A stretch of 64,000 nucleotides of DNA, taken from positions 15,158,974 through 15,222,973 of the forward strand of contig NC_057719.1 of the NCBI RefSeq assembly GCF_004010195.1. The letters are read 5' to 3'. Of the stretch, positions 63,501 through 64,000 are shown piece by piece. The notes below the pieces were generated by a model. That model searched no databases and was not told the origin of the DNA. It was given only the letters and a program-made list of their open reading frames with translations. This DNA is from Chiloscyllium plagiosum (Eukaryota). The stretch's first letter is position 1, and every line of letters starts with the position of its first letter. The position numbers and the translations under genes are program-made.

Positions 63501-63754
63501 CTACAAAAAAAAGTCATATTATTGAGTGGAATTTGGCATCGAACAGTGAACAGCTCAGCCATTTTAATTGTGAAGTAGAATTACTTAATTGCTCAGATAA
63601 TTACTTCATAATTCTACTGGGGAACCTGGGGAGGAAGAATTATAAAATGTCACATGATGCACTAGCAATTTAATACACTCAAAATATTATACTCAAAACG
63701 GTAATACACATTCAGTTGTTAGAAGACATTATTTTTGCATTGATTGTAGACATC

Positions 63755-63915
63755 AATAATAATGTTAGCATTTGTTGCCCATTGCTAATTATCCTTGAAT
63801 TGAATGGCTTGTTAGACCATCTCAGACAACAGTTAAGAGTCAACCACATAGGTGTAGGTCTGGAATCACACATTGACCCAATCAGGTTACAATGGCGTAC
63901 TCACTATGACCCCTG
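63755..63915 (-). mobile_element. SINE family Z 3' part
   Basis: GTTAAGAGTCAACCACA...TCTGGAATCACA. Confidence 0.7.
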
Positions 63916-64000
63916 AAAAATATGACACTTAAGCAAAATGTGGAAATGACTTCAAAGAAAACAATCTGGAGAAGAAATAATTTGAATACTTTCCAAAAAT

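Overview
AT-rich vertebrate genomic DNA, almost certainly a cartilaginous fish. HE1-type V-SINEs with partner CR1/HER1-type LINEs point to a shark, probably an orectolobiform such as a bamboo shark (inference). No host protein-coding gene is recognisable, so the window reads as intron or intergenic DNA. More than half of it is transposon debris. Classes present: CR1 LINE fragments (one 3.3 kb copy keeps esterase ORF1, APE and RT remnants), CR1-Zenon-like, L2 and Rex1/Babar fragments, at least four SINE-like families, Penelope-like elements (PLEs), probable solo LTRs and a decayed Harbinger-like element. There is one 194-N gap. Most notable signals: (1) about 14 minimal hammerhead-ribozyme motifs in three PLE-type families with covarying stems, including 111-bp and 202-bp TSD-flanked mini-elements, one of them a long hairpin; (2) a CR1 insertion whose 5' end, inside the TSD, is a 108-bp copy of DNA 538 bp upstream; (3) a ~150-bp inverted repeat spanning 1.3 kb, with G-U-compatible changes, covering an exon-like segment. 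Boundaries of old repeats are approximate and family names come from motif recognition, not database searches.
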